Below the pieces are notes generated by a model. The model saw only the letters and a program-made list of their open reading frames with translations. It was not told where the DNA came from and searched no databases. The position numbers and the translations under genes are program-made. From the human T2T-CHM13v2.0 reference genome, Homo sapiens, in the NCBI RefSeq assembly GCF_009914755.1, contig NC_060935.1: a stretch of DNA of 64,000 bases; one strand, given 5' to 3'. This document shows, one piece after another, positions 44,139 through 56,646 of the stretch (positions are counted from its first letter, which is position 1; each line of letters starts with the position of its first letter).

Positions 44139-46289
44139 TATACCCATTCCAAATAGGAGAAATTGGCCAAAATGAAGGGGCTACAGGCCCCATGCAAGTC
44201 CAAAATCCAGTGGGACAGTCAAATCTTAAAGCCAAAGTGATCTCCTTTGACTCCATGTCTCACATCCAGGTCATGCTGATGCAAGAGGCGGGTTCTCATG
44301 GTCTTGGACAGTTCCACCCCCATGGTTTGCAGGGTACAGCCTCCCTCTCAGCTGCTTTCAAGGTCTGGTGTTGGGTGTCTGCAACATTTCCAGGCACACA
44401 GTACAAGCTGTGGGTGGATCTACCATTCTGGGTTCTGGAGGACAGTAGCCCTCTCCTCATGGCTCCACTAGGCAGTGCCTCAGTGGGGAGTGTGTGTGGG
44501 GCTCCCACCCCACGTTTCCCTCCCACACTGCACTAGCAGAGGTTTCCATGAGGGCCCTGCCCCTGTAGAAAACTTCTGCCTGGACATCCAGGCATTTCCA
44601 TATATTCTCTGAAATCTAAGTAGAGGTTTCCAAACTTCAATTCTTGGCTTCTGTTCATCTGCAGGCTCAACACCCCATGGAAACTGCCAAGGGTGGGGGC
44701 TTGCATCCTCTGAAGCCATCCTCTAAACGGCCCAAAGTGTACCTTGGCCCCTTTTAACCAAGTATGGAGCAGCTGGGACACAGGGAGCCAAGTCTGTGGG
44801 CTGCACACAGCAGGGAGACCCTGTTCCAATCCTAAAACCATTTTTTCTTCCTAAGTCTCCAGGCCTGTGATGGTGGGGGCTGCCACAAAGGTCTCTGACA
44901 ACCCCTGGAGACCTTTTCCCCATTGTCCTGATGATTAACATTTGGCTCCTCATTACTTATGCAAATTGCTGCAGCTGGCTTGAATTTCTTCCCCGATAAT
45001 GGATTTTTCTTTGCTACTGCATGGTCAGGCTGCACATTTTTCAAACATTTATGCTCTACTTCCTCTTGAACACTTTGCTGCTTAGAAATTTCTTTCACCA
45101 GATACCCGAAATCATCTCTCTCAAGTTCAAAGTTTCACAAATCCCTAGGGCAGCAGCAAAATGCCACCAGTCTCTTTGCATAGCAAGAGTGACCTTTACT
45201 CAAATTCCCAACAAGTTCCTCATCTCCATCTGACACTACCTCAGCCTGGACTTTATTGTCCATATCACTATCAGCATTTTGGGCAAATCCATTCAGCAAG
45301 CCTCTAGGAAGTTTCAAACTTTCCCACATTTTTCTGTCTTTTTCTGAGCCCTTCAAACTCTTTCAACCTCTACCTGTTATCCAGTTCCAAAGTTGACTCC
45401 ACATTTTCAGGTATCCTTAATAGGAGTACCCAACTCTACCAGTACCAATTTACTGTATTAGTTTATTTTCATACTGCTATAAAGAAATACCTGAGGCTGG
45501 GTAATTTATAAAGAAAAAGGGGTTTAATGGATTCAGTTTCACATGGCTGAGGAGGCCTCACAATCATGGCAGAAGGCAAAGGAGGATCAAAGTCATGTCT
45601 TACTTGGCAGCAGGCAGGAGAGCGTGTGCAGGGAAACTTCCCTTTATAAAACCATCAGGATCTTATGAGACTTCTTCACTATCATGAGAACAGCACAGGA
45701 AAACCTGCCCCCTTAATTCTATTACCTCCCACCAAGTTCATCCCATGATGTGGGGATTATAGGAGTTACAATTCAAGATAAGATTTGGGGAGGACACAGC
45801 CAAATCATATCAGTATTTTTTGGCAAACCAGCAACCCAGGGAAGGGCTAGGAATCTCTGTTCAGAGATTGCATCTCCAAATTGTGTCTCTGGGTAAGGAG
45901 TTTTTAAGGAAAACTAGGAGAGTACAAATGATGATCAAAGCATTCTTGTGAAACGTGCACTGTCTCAAGTTGGCAGTTAATCATTGCTTTCTTGGTTATT
46001 GTTTTGTGGCCTTCTGCAATCACCATCAGGCTATTCTTTATCAGGCCAGTCAGCTCATTCTCAGAGTTGCTGGCTAGCATATTTTCTTTTATCTCTGTTG
46101 AAGGTCCTGTCTTCCTGAGGCTGTTTTTAATGAATAATTTACAAACTTAATCAAAGTAATAATTATATCCAAGCAAATAAGCTTTTCTCTAACAGAGTCA
46201 ATACTGTTACAATATAAATATCAGTATTTTATATGTTAACTTTTCTAATGGTTGCTTTTTGCCAGAAGAATGCTTAAATAGTATTTCTT

Positions 46290-46515
46290 GAATATAAAAT
46301 TTCATCTATGATCACTTATTGGGCCTTTGCTATGTCAAATATTTACTAAATATAATTCATAGATTATTTTGTTAATTCTCACAAAAAAATCCACAAAAAA
46401 CAAATGAGCTAGATACTGCTATTATCTGCTTTTTATAAGGAACTGAGGAATAGAGAGATTTGTTATTTGAAGCCAGGCAATCTGACTCCAGAGCTTGTGT
46501 TCTTAAATACTACAT
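46290..46515 (-). mobile_element. MIR
   Basis: GGAACTGAGG..AGAGAG and ATTTGAAGCCAGGCAATCTGACTCCAGAGC. Confidence 0.7.
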
Positions 46516-47325
46516 TACCCTCACCCATATATTACGGTAGTATGCACAGACAGAGCTCTTAGTAAAAGCACAGTAAAGTTGAATTGAAATTCTAAGATGA
46601 CTAAGGACCCTTTTCTTCTGGAAACTTAGTTCTTTATAGGTAAACAAGAAAAAAAATACTTAGTTTGTAATTTAAATCACAGGCATCATTCACTTCTCTG
46701 AGTAACACCACCAGGATTTATCTAACCAATATTCACTGAATACCTACTGGATGCAAACCATACACTATTAAGGAATGTTTAATTCTTATGATAACTGAAA
46801 AAAAAAAGAGGCTGAGTTGTCTCAGAACTTTCCTTATTTTCATGCAAAAATTTGACCTTAAGTGGATATGTGTACTTTTCTGAGTGCTTTTCAAGGCTGG
46901 CATTAGAGTGTCCAAGAATGAATGACATCCTCCCCAAAATTAATAACTACTGTCCTGGATACAAAAGACAAGAAAGGCTGGTTTTGGACAAGGTCACTTA
47001 GTTCTAGATTAGAAGAGTCCTCTGAAAACACATGCCCAGATCCAGCTTATTCATATCCAGAGTTCAATCTGTGGTAGGAGACTCAAACTCTATAGTGTTG
47101 TGAAGTGTGACTTTGTCCAGAGTCCCCTTGCACAAATGAGGATTCCAAAGACTGAATGCAAGCACCTCTCCAACTCTTTCCACTATGAAGCTTCATCTAG
47201 CTTTACAGCTACATCCCCAGGAATGATAAATTGATAGGAGAACCAGTGGTGTCAGCAGAGTTAGTATTGATAATAGCATTTTTTATTGTATATTTGTACT
47301 TGCAATAGAAATTTGTTCAAGATAT

Positions 47326-47946
47326 TGTGGAAAAATTAAAAATAAAATTCCCTGTGAACTCAGAAAATCCTTTCCACAAATGTAGGAAAAATTATTTTAT
47401 TATTGAATAAACATTAAATTAGACTGAGATATACATCACAGGTAATCTACTAATAAGATGATTATATACAGGTTCTCAAGATTAATGATAATTTGTCTTC
47501 TTGGAAGAGGACATTACAACACCGCTTGTTATACATTTTTTCATAGTTCATCCCAAATTTGCCTGGTAATGGAGTAGCCAGCTAGGCTAGTTAATTGCTT
47601 TTCTCTGAAGAAATAGGAAAACTTCTGTATATTTCTGACAAGCAGATGGTTACAGCTTGGAGAAGGCCTTTAGGCTAAAATTCTGAGGATAGGTAGATAG
47701 GGACTCTAGCATCCATGACATTTACATTTCAAAGAGATAGCTCCTAGGCTCTTAAGAGAAACATTCCTGAGTTGTAACACTAGCTTATTCATCCTTTAAA
47801 AAGATTTACATACATATCCTAGGGATACAGAGGTTTTGTAGGCATTTTATAGCTCAAGAAAATACTCTAAGAAAGGAAGAAGAAAAGAGTTTTTTTGACT
47901 TTGGGCATCAGGGAAAATTCTTTAAAAAATTTAATTTACACTTACA
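47326..47946 (-). mobile_element. Old ERV1 solo LTR (MER67-like)
   Basis: TGTGG...CTTACA ends; ATTTACATTTCAAAGAGATAGCTCC motif; TTTATT near the left end. Confidence 0.55.
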
Positions 47947-48074
47947 AGAGTAAAATAAATCCTTCAAGAATTATAATATTAAGGAAAATATGAGGGTAGT
48001 AGCTTCACATATGAACTATAATATTTTTTTCCCATCCCTTGAGATGACAAATTTAAGGGATAATGAGTTCAATA

Positions 48075-48405
48075 TATGTTTCTGGTCCTGTTGTCCAAAA
48101 AGTATACTCAGAAATTTATGTAAAGGAGTTTAATGGGGAATCCTTATGATCAATACTTCAGGGAGAGTAATGGAAGCAGGATTCACAAGGGAGAGGGTCA
48201 TCAGCTTTGTTGCAGAGAAGGCCCCCTGCATACATGGAGGCAAAGTGGCTGGATTTTTATAAGGAGGGAAGGAGGTATAACCTTGGAAGAAGTGGTTCTC
48301 TTCAGAAAAGGGCAATTCCTAAAGAGGAACTTAGTCACCAAGCATTTGAGGAAATGAGTGCTTTTGTTCCAAAGATGGTGGGGATTGGCATACCACAACA
48401 TGCAC
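48075..48405 (-). mobile_element. Ancient ERVL-type LTR fragment (LTR33/LTR16-like)
   Basis: GGAGTTTAATGGGGA..GGAAGCAGGATT..AGGGAGAG pattern; heavily diverged. Confidence 0.35.
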
Positions 48406-49507
48406 TATGGTGTGTGACATTTTCTGAGATTTAAATTCTACTATATGTCAGTATCATTCTTATATTTATATATTGTAAGATTCATGTGGGTAAATCATGT
48501 TTAATAAGAGAATTATTGGAGGATTTGTAGATAGTCTCAATCTGTGTACTTAAGGAATACATGTAGAACAATATGATTGGGCTATTAGAAAAGCAGGTGG
48601 CCTAGATTCAATTCCTAAGTCTCCATTTTTAAAAATTATGTCTCTTTCCCTTCGCCTGTCCCTTCTCAGGGAGTCTGTGAGGCTCAGCCTAGACATTTAC
48701 AAATCTCCATTGAAGAAAATCTGTCATTCTCAGTGATCAAGTGAACATTATCAGGATTAAATCTACAGCTTGTGTGGTTATTAAGGAATTTTGAAATAAT
48801 AAAGCATTACACTTGACAAATAGTAACATATACCTTAATTATGTAGTTTGCTAATTCTATCTATTGTATTGCTTTGTAAAAGAAAATTAAAAAAAAAAAA
48901 AAACCTCACGACTACCAAATTTCTTTTGCAGAAGGGAAGGTTAAGCCTGGAAGCTGAGTCATGCAATGCCCTCTTCCAAATGAATGTTGTTACTAGCATC
49001 GTGGATTAGCCAGATCCCCATGGGAAGGTAAAAGGACACAGTGTTAGAAATAAGAGCTTAAAGTCATGAAGAAAATGAGCACTTGAACAAAAGATTTCTC
49101 AGCAAGGCAAATTTACTTCTGCAGAAGGGTGCATCTTGTGCCAGTCACGAATGCAAGAGCACACCTAGTGGGTTAGGGCAGGGGATTTTATCCCTAACAC
49201 AGTTCCTAGCACTTCTGTGTCCTTTCCCCATTGGTTGGGGTTGAACCTCACAATCTAAGCTAACTTGATTGGCTAAGGTTTAAAATTGAATAGGGTCTAT
49301 TAGGCGGGAGGAGGAGGGACTGTCTGTTACTAGGTGGGAAGGCATATCTGGACTTGTCTGGGCGGGGCAAAGGTGAGAAGGTTGTTTACAGAGCAGGTAG
49401 CCAGAAGACAAGGAAGTCCAAGGAAGTTGGTCTTAAGAAACAAAGAACAGGGAACTAAAGCTTTTTGAGAGATATTTATCATCTCTGACAATTTCCCCCT
49501 CTTGATT

Positions 49508-51480
49508 TTATAGTTTTTCCTCTTCAAAATGCCTTAACATATATAGGCTCTGTTGTTCTTCTTGGGTGTCAAGAAGGAAGAGTTTATCTGAGTAAGGCAG
49601 GGAAGAACTAAGGGAGGTTTTGGTGAGAGCTGTTTCTATAAGTCTTTGCACTAAACCACGAACACAGGGTATGATACAGCATCCTATAAGAATGAGCACA
49701 GCTATAACTATTATAAGGGAGGTGAATATTGAGGTGATAATTCCATTCCATTTCCTGAACCATTTCTACATGAGGCTTGTAAAGGGGTCATCTGTTCCAG
49801 AAGTTTTAGCTAGCTCATTTGATAAGGAAGTAAAGCCTTGTAAGGCTTTTGTTATTGTTCCGTCAGGGGTTATGTTATTAGGAATAAAAGTACAATACTG
49901 GCCTCAAATTATGACACAAACCCCGCCTTTTTCAGCTAATTTTATGTCAAGGGCTATTCTATTTTCTCAGGCCATTTGGCTGGTAGGGCCTAATTGTTCA
50001 GCTATTCCTTTAATTGCATCTCTAGTAAAATTAACAAAGCATTGTTGATTATAATAGATATAATTGATCTAAGCTGCATTCTTGTTTATAGTTGACCACC
50101 AGAACAATATAGACTTGAATCCTACAGCTATTTGATTTTGGGGTTTGAATTCATCTGGTACCCCTCGTGGTACTCCAGTAGCATCCATATAAACATGAGG
50201 ATCAAAGGATCAATGAGGGACATCTCTCTTTTTACGATATTCTGTCTTCAACTTTCTTGGTTGACGAAATGCCAAGGTCAATGGGATAGCTAATTGAATT
50301 AGAGCACAATTGCCACTCTGGTTACTTGGCAGAGTACCCATCAATAGTCCCCCACAATACCACCACACACCTGCTTGGGAATGAACAAGGGCAGACTTAT
50401 TGGTAAGCTCTTGAAAAGGCTTGGTTTCACTGCACCCTGTTAGGTCTCCAAGGACTGCTAACTTTTCCCCCTGCCATGAAAGGCACAAGGTGAAGTTAAC
50501 ATCAGGGACTGGAGGCTGGATAGCTGTTGGGGTTTGACCCACAGGGCTTTTGACTTCAGAGAACAGCAGTGAAAGTGTCTTGCATGACTCATTACCCCAG
50601 GCTGTGGGGTTCTGGAAGAGAGCTACCATACAGCTCATGCCTCGTTGGTCAGCTGACCATCCAAGTGGGAAGGGCACAATTTGAGTTTCTGGCCTATCTG
50701 TTGCACAAGTGCCACAGTCGCTTTTACTTAGTGGACAGACAGAATATTTAATCCATTCCAACCAGGCATTTGCAGCTCGATATCCTATTTTAGTAGCTAG
50801 AGTTTGCTTTAAATCTTTAACTTCTACAATGGCTACTTTAGTTTTATCATTGTTTATGAAGCGAGAAAAGGTTTGGTTAGAGGAGGGTTTAGGAGAGGGA
50901 GAAGTGAGTGAAGGAGGTGGAGGAGTGATGAAGTGATAGGCTCTTTTGAAATAGGCTATAGGGTCTGTCCCTGAGACTTCTGCTTCGGTACCTTAAAAAT
51001 GGCTCAAGGAAGGATAAGAACCTTGGGAAGCCGGGATGGTAATGGAAATTTGTACAGGATTACCCTGGTTATATTGGCAATTGGGAGGAGTACTCCCTTT
51101 AGTAAAATAAATGTATGGTTTTAGGAATATACAACTACTCATTTGGGCAGTCCATCCTTGGTTTTTGGTGGTCCATAGAACATTAGACCATCTACAGCAG
51201 AGATGCTGATGCTCTGCTTTAGCAGGACAAGGTTCCCAATTAATGGAATCTCTGTTAAAATCTTCCCAGACTAATTGATCCCAGTAATGGATTTCCAGTC
51301 TGAAGAGAACCAGGAAAGACAAAGATACTTTTCTGAAGTAGAGAGTTGTCTTTGACCTTACAGATCTCCACAGAGTGTAACAAGACAAGCATCACAAGTG
51401 ATAGTTCGAGGTGAGCTAGACTTAGTAACATTAATAATAAGATGTGGGTAGCTGGGGAAAAGAGGAAAAGGAGGAAGAGG
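49508..51480 (-). pseudogene. ERV env remnant
   Basis: CxxC-like CGTCATDRP, WWYCGG, furin site RKKR, ISD ENRIALDIKLAEKGGVC, TM segment LILIGCCIIPC; stops and frameshifts. Confidence 0.88.
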
Positions 51481-51499
51481 AAGATCAAGCTTTTCTCTT

Positions 51500-54400
51500 T
51501 AACCTTACTTTGGTGGGGTAAGTCCTGGAATGACAGTTCATGACTTTGGAGAGTGTAAAGCCTTTTTGACTTGGGTATGATGGTCCATCCTCTCTCAGTG
51601 GTCTGGATTGCTGTCTCAGTTATAAGGAGCACTAGGTAAGGCCCTTCCCAAGTGTATTTCCCTCTTTCCAACTTCTGATAAGGATGTCATCTCCATGCTG
51701 ATGTTGATGAACTAGGAATTCAAGGTGTGGAGTTTGTGCTAGGAGGCCTTGAGTCCTGAGGGAGGAATGGGTAGAAGATAGACCTAATACATAGTTTCTA
51801 AGAAACTGATCTTTTGTTTCAAATGTAGGAAGATCAGTAGTAGAATGTAGATAAGGCAATCCATAAAGCATCTCATAAGGGAATAGGCCTATGTCTTTTC
51901 AGGGAGCAGTTCAGCCACTCAACAGGCAATAGGCCTTTCTACTTTCACTGATGTGGGAGGATGCCATGGTGTGTGGTATTCCCATTTTCTTTAGGGTTTT
52001 TTTGTTGTTTTTCTGCACACTATGCAACTATCTGCAACTTGTCTAGCAAGGGTATAAATTCCTATGCATCCACAAACTCTAAGGACTGCATCACACATAA
52101 CTTGGGGGCTCTAGTGAATTCCTTGATGTAGCTTTGACAGTATCTCTCACATGAGGGGCTTAGGCAGCATTTCTCTCTTGTCTGGTAGTACCCGTTTTCC
52201 CTTGAGGCTTTCTTTGGCTCCTATTTCTTTTAGCTTTCATTGCTCTCTGGGAGAGAAGATAGGGGCTGCAGCTGGAGGGGGAAGAAAAGGGGTTAGGTGG
52301 AAAATGGGTGCTGCTTGAGAAGAGGCAGCTTGTTTGGCTACCTGGTCAGCTAGATTTTTCTCTCGGTTCTCAAAGGAAAGATTCTTCTAGTGACCTGGAA
52401 TATGAACAACTGCTATCTCTTCTGGCAGCTGTAAGTTCTTTAGTATTTGGCTTAAGTCTCTATGCATCAAGTTTTGGCCTTTACTGTTAATGAGGCCTCA
52501 CTCTGCCCAAATTTTCCCAAAGGTGTGGACTACTCCAGAGGCATACTTAGAGTCAGTATAAATAGTTTCTTCCTGGTTTTGCGGAAATTTTAAGCCTTGA
52601 TTTAGTACTAATAACTCACATGGTTCTACAGACCAGTCATTAGGAAATCTTCCTGGTTCTATTTCTGTGAGAGTGTCTCCGTCTACTACTGAGTGCCTGT
52701 TATGCCTTTTCCCTTTTATTACTTGAGAAGAACCATCTACAAAAAGGTGTCTTCTGGTTTGAAAGGGAATTTTGTTTAAGTCTGGTCTAACTTTTGTCTG
52801 ATAGGCAATGTTATCTAAACATCTATGCCCAAGTTCTTCTGGTCTGGGGCATGGGTGTTTTGTTGTTGTTGTTGTTTGTTTGTTTTATTTTGTTTTCTGG
52901 GTTTGAATTTTCTGTTAAGAAGGCAGCAGGGTTAAGTGAATCATCAGTGGTTAGGGTTAAATCACCTTTTTCTAACAAGATAGCCTTGTATTTTAAAATT
53001 CTTGAGTCAGTAAGCCACCTTTCTGCTTTCTGACATAGGATAGTTCTGACCTGGTGAGGTGTGGTCACAATGAGGTTTCCTCCAAAAGTTATTTTTCTAC
53101 TTTCTTCTGTTAGCAAAGCAGTTGCCACTACAGATTGCATTTGGGCCATCCACAGGTTACTGGGTCAAGGATTGTTGATAGGAAGGCTGTGGGTTGCTGG
53201 TGGCCTTTGTCCTTTTGGGTAAGTACTCCTAAGGCTATGCCCTTGGTTGCACTGAAAAAAGATGGAATGGTTTCTATAAGGAGGGTAAAGCTAGGACAGG
53301 TGCAGTTACTAATAGATGTTTTAACTTTTCCACCTGTTGGATTTCTGGTAATTGCCAAATGAGGGGGTCTGGCTCGTCTTGGATGAGCTTTTTGTATAAG
53401 GGTTTTATTTCTAGGGCATAAGAGTCTATCCATAGATGAAAGTATCTGACTAATCCTAAAATTTTCTAAGTTCTTGTTTAGTCTCTAGTAGAGGCAAGGA
53501 TATGATACCTTCAATCCATTCAAGCCCAATTTTCTGTTTACCTTTGCTAATTAAATGGCCTAAATACTTTACTTCAGGTTCTACAAATTGGAGTTTGTTT
53601 TTCAAGACCCCTAGCCTTTTATCCCATAGAAAATGTAAGACATGGGTTGAGAAGACTGCTACTCCTTCTCTATCACCTCCTGAAATTAGAAGATTATCCA
53701 TGTACTGGAGAAGGCATATGTGCAAGGGCAGGGAAAGTTTTTCTAGGACTTTTTCTAATATTTGGCTAAATACATTTGGAGACTCCGTAAACACTTGGGA
53801 TAAGACTGTCCATTGTTAATGCTGTTTTCAACCAGAGTAAGGGTCTTCCCACTCAAAGGAAAATGGGTCCCAGCTACCCTCTGCTAATGGAAAAGGCTAG
53901 AAGGCATCTTCTAAATTTATTACTGTAAACCACTGTTGGCTGTATAGGACCCTACTGATAATAGTATAAGGATTGGGAACAACAGGGCTTGTAGTTTGGA
54001 CTATCTGATTAATAGCTCTAAGGTCTTGCACTAACTGGTATGACCCATCTGGCTTCTTTACAGGCAGTATTGGAGTGTTATAGGGAGACATACAGGGTTC
54101 AAGAAGCCCATCACAAAGAAGACTTCAATTATAGGTTTTAAATTTACCCTGGCTTCTAAAGGAATAGGATATTGCTTTTGCTTTAATACCTTCCCAGGAG
54201 TTTTTAATTTGACATGAATTGGAGGAATCTGTACCTTTCCTTAATTCCCATCTTTGGACCATACCTCAGGATGAATGTGTTCTTTGTCTGTGGTGGTGAG
54301 CAAGTTCAGGGAGAGGAGGAATTTTCCATGATTGATTTGGAGGCTTAAGCCTAATTTTAGAATTAAATTTCCTTCTCATAGATTTGTGCCTGCTTCTGGA

Positions 54401-54660
54401 ATTAACAAAAATGTGATACCAGCTTATTGGTTTTTACATTTTACTTCTGTCTCCTCTAAGATTTTTGCTCTAAACCCTACTCCTTTTACCCTGGAGATAA
54501 AAAGTTCTTGTGAACAAGTTACACTAGATGGAAGATAACAAACTGGGGAGCGAGCTGCTCCTGAATTGATTAAAAAGGTAATAAGCTCAGGTTTAGGTCC
54601 CACTTCTAAATTTATCCAGGGCTCTTGGTTGGACTCAAGATAAAAAGATAGAGCCTCTGA
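51500..54660 (-). pseudogene. ERV pro-pol remnant
   Basis: Protease FLINSGA (DSG to NSG); RT SPYNTPILPVKKPDGSY, VQDLRAIN, LLQYMDNLL; RNase H region; integrase WEYHTPWHP and WEGPYLVLL with core deletions. Confidence 0.9.
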
Positions 54661-54664
54661 CTTC

Positions 54665-55980
54665 CCTAGTCTTCTTTAAAAGCCATAAATCGGATGACTT
54701 CTTCTTACTTTTCCTATTCGAGACATTGCCTTTTAAAGTGACCTATTTTTCCACATTTGAAACATTTGTTCTGTAATTTCTTAGTAATGTCTGGCCAGCT
54801 GTTGGTGACAAAGTGGAGCTTTAACCTTCCTTGTCCAAGGGAGTTTTCTGATTCTAGGTCAGCATATTTTCTCATTTGCTCTTTAAGCCTTTCTAAAAGG
54901 CCTTGGTAAGATTTTGAGTGCAGGGCACTGATTCTGAAATTCCTTTTATTATCATCTCCCTAAGGTCTTTCATATTTCCTTGATGGCCTATATTGTTGTT
55001 ATCCCATTGAGGATCCTGGGCTGGGAATTTTGTTCAGCCACTGGAATGTTCTGACCAGTAGGGTATTCACGTTCCCAAATGGTCATAGTGGCCGTGTGTA
55101 TCATGCTTCTTTCTTCTTCTGAGAATAAGATGCCTAAGATATACATTAACTCAGCCCAGGTATATAAGTATATAACTTATATAAGCCAAGTATATAGCTG
55201 GGGCTCTAAAACTGATCAATTTGATCTGCCACTCCATAATGGTCATCCAAGAGTGGTTTAAGCTCATTTTTTAGGTTTTGGACTTCTGAGCTGGTTAAGG
55301 GAGCATTCACAAAGCCAATGTCCCCTCCTACAAGATGCACTTTTCTGGGGAAAGAGAGTTGGAGCAGACACTTTGGAGGTACTGGGGAAAGGGAAATTTT
55401 GGATATCTTTCTTACATTGCTCTATCTCACGTCGAAGTCCTCTTGAGGGGTGACATTCAGGTTTATAGAGGGGAGGAATAACATGAGTAGGGAAAGGGTC
55501 TGGGTTGGCAGCTGCTTGTGGGAGAGGAAGGTTGGTGTGTTCAACAGGGGAAGGTGGTCTAAAGGGTCCCATGTGTTAGCAGACTGTTTGGGTTTAATCT
55601 CTTTGGGGGAGGCAGTTTTTGGCTTACCTCCTGTAGCTTTGAGGGGTGTAGGAGGACAGGACCTTTCTGCCAGAAAAAGGCATATTCTATTTCCTCCTGT
55701 GAGACAGGACTTTTATCATTAACATATTCTATTAAGAGTTGACAGATTTGACAGATCCAATCCTCATTTGATCCAAATTTTGGCCAGAAAACTGAGGGTT
55801 TGAGTATAGGTTATTTAGTTCAAATAAAACATCAGCATTTTATTATTTGCTGCTTTTTCTTGTGTTTGGTCCTTCCATTATCCCTCCAATATTCTAACAT
55901 TAGGCCTAGGGGAATATCACAGGGGATATTATCATGATCATGACCTTTCCTATCTTTTGTCTTACTTGCTGTATTTCCTA
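54665..55980 (-). pseudogene. ERV gag remnant
   Basis: MA-like IGNTASK..PLGLMLEYW; zinc knuckle CFKCGKIGHFKRQC near 54723-54770; TAG-GG gag/pro readthrough-type junction. Confidence 0.85.
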
Positions 55981-56011
55981 TCCTGGAGAAAGTGTTTTCC
56001 CCTGAGTCTAC

Positions 56012-56181
56012 GGGTCTCAATCTGTCTTACTAGAGATTTCTTGCACACTAGCGAGTCTGTGGGGCTCAGCCTCTCCTACTAGAGATTTCTTGCACCCTAG
56101 CGAGTATGTGGGGCTCAATTTCTCCTACTAGAGATTTCTTGCACCCTAGAGGCTCACCCCTCCTACTGGAGGTTTCTTGCA
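56012..56181. repeat. ~49-bp tandem repeat (about 3.5 degenerate copies) in the proviral leader
   Basis: Repeating CTACTAGAGATTTCTTGCAC core. Confidence 0.85.
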
Positions 56182-56628
56182 TTCTTCAGCTTTCGCTTCA
56201 TCCTTCTCTGTCTGCTTCCCTTATGGGAATTTTCAGGTCCCTCTTAGCATAGGCAAATAGGTATAAACTGCACGACAGGCAAGCTGCCTCTAAGCCATAT
56301 GAGGTGACCGCAGAACCACATCTGGGCTCTGCACTCGCTCCACACTCAATTGTCCATCTCACTCACACGCTTTCAACCTCCAAGATGTCCCGACCACCAG
56401 GGAAGTACTTCACTGCACCCATGGTTTTTCTTACCTTGGTCTGTGCACAGAGTAACCTGGTTGCTGTGGTATCTGTAGGCCTTTTCTTTCCATGTTACTG
56501 AGAGTCTGGGTTTATTCGTCACCCTGGGTGGGTCTCAATCCCTTAGCCCTGAGGCCACCGCAATGAGGCAGCAAAATGTGTCTCCTCATGAGAGATGATC
56601 AGAGACCCCTCCCCGGAGGAGAATGGGA

Positions 56629-56646
56629 ATCCCAGGTGGGCCCCCA
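56629..56646 (-). promoter_or_regulatory. Primer-binding site, tRNA-Pro-like
   Basis: TGGGGGCCCACCTGGGAT versus canonical TGGGGGCTCGTCCGGGAT, just 3' of the 5' LTR. Confidence 0.75.

Larger units (their letters stand above)
41938..45812 (-). mobile_element. Full-length THE1 (3' LTR 41938-42301; internal 42302-42536 and 44144-45453; 5' LTR 45454-45812)
   Basis: Two LTRs; PPT complement at 42302; perfect 5-bp TSD GTATT (41933-41937 / 45813-45817). Confidence 0.94.
41853..46211 (-). mobile_element. ERV1 solo LTR (MER31-like), split into 41853-41937 and 45813-46211 by THE1
   Basis: TGTAAC...GTTACA inverted termini; perfect 4-bp TSD ATAT. Confidence 0.75.

Noticed and set aside
50210-50761. Possible co-opted (syncytin- or suppressyn-like) env
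   Set aside because: The signal peptide and N-terminal SU lie in other frames, and the TM region has stops, so there is no intact ORF.
56012-56181. Repeat array superficially like a CRISPR array
   Set aside because: It is a degenerate tandem repeat without unique spacers in a retroviral leader; eukaryotic DNA with no cas genes.
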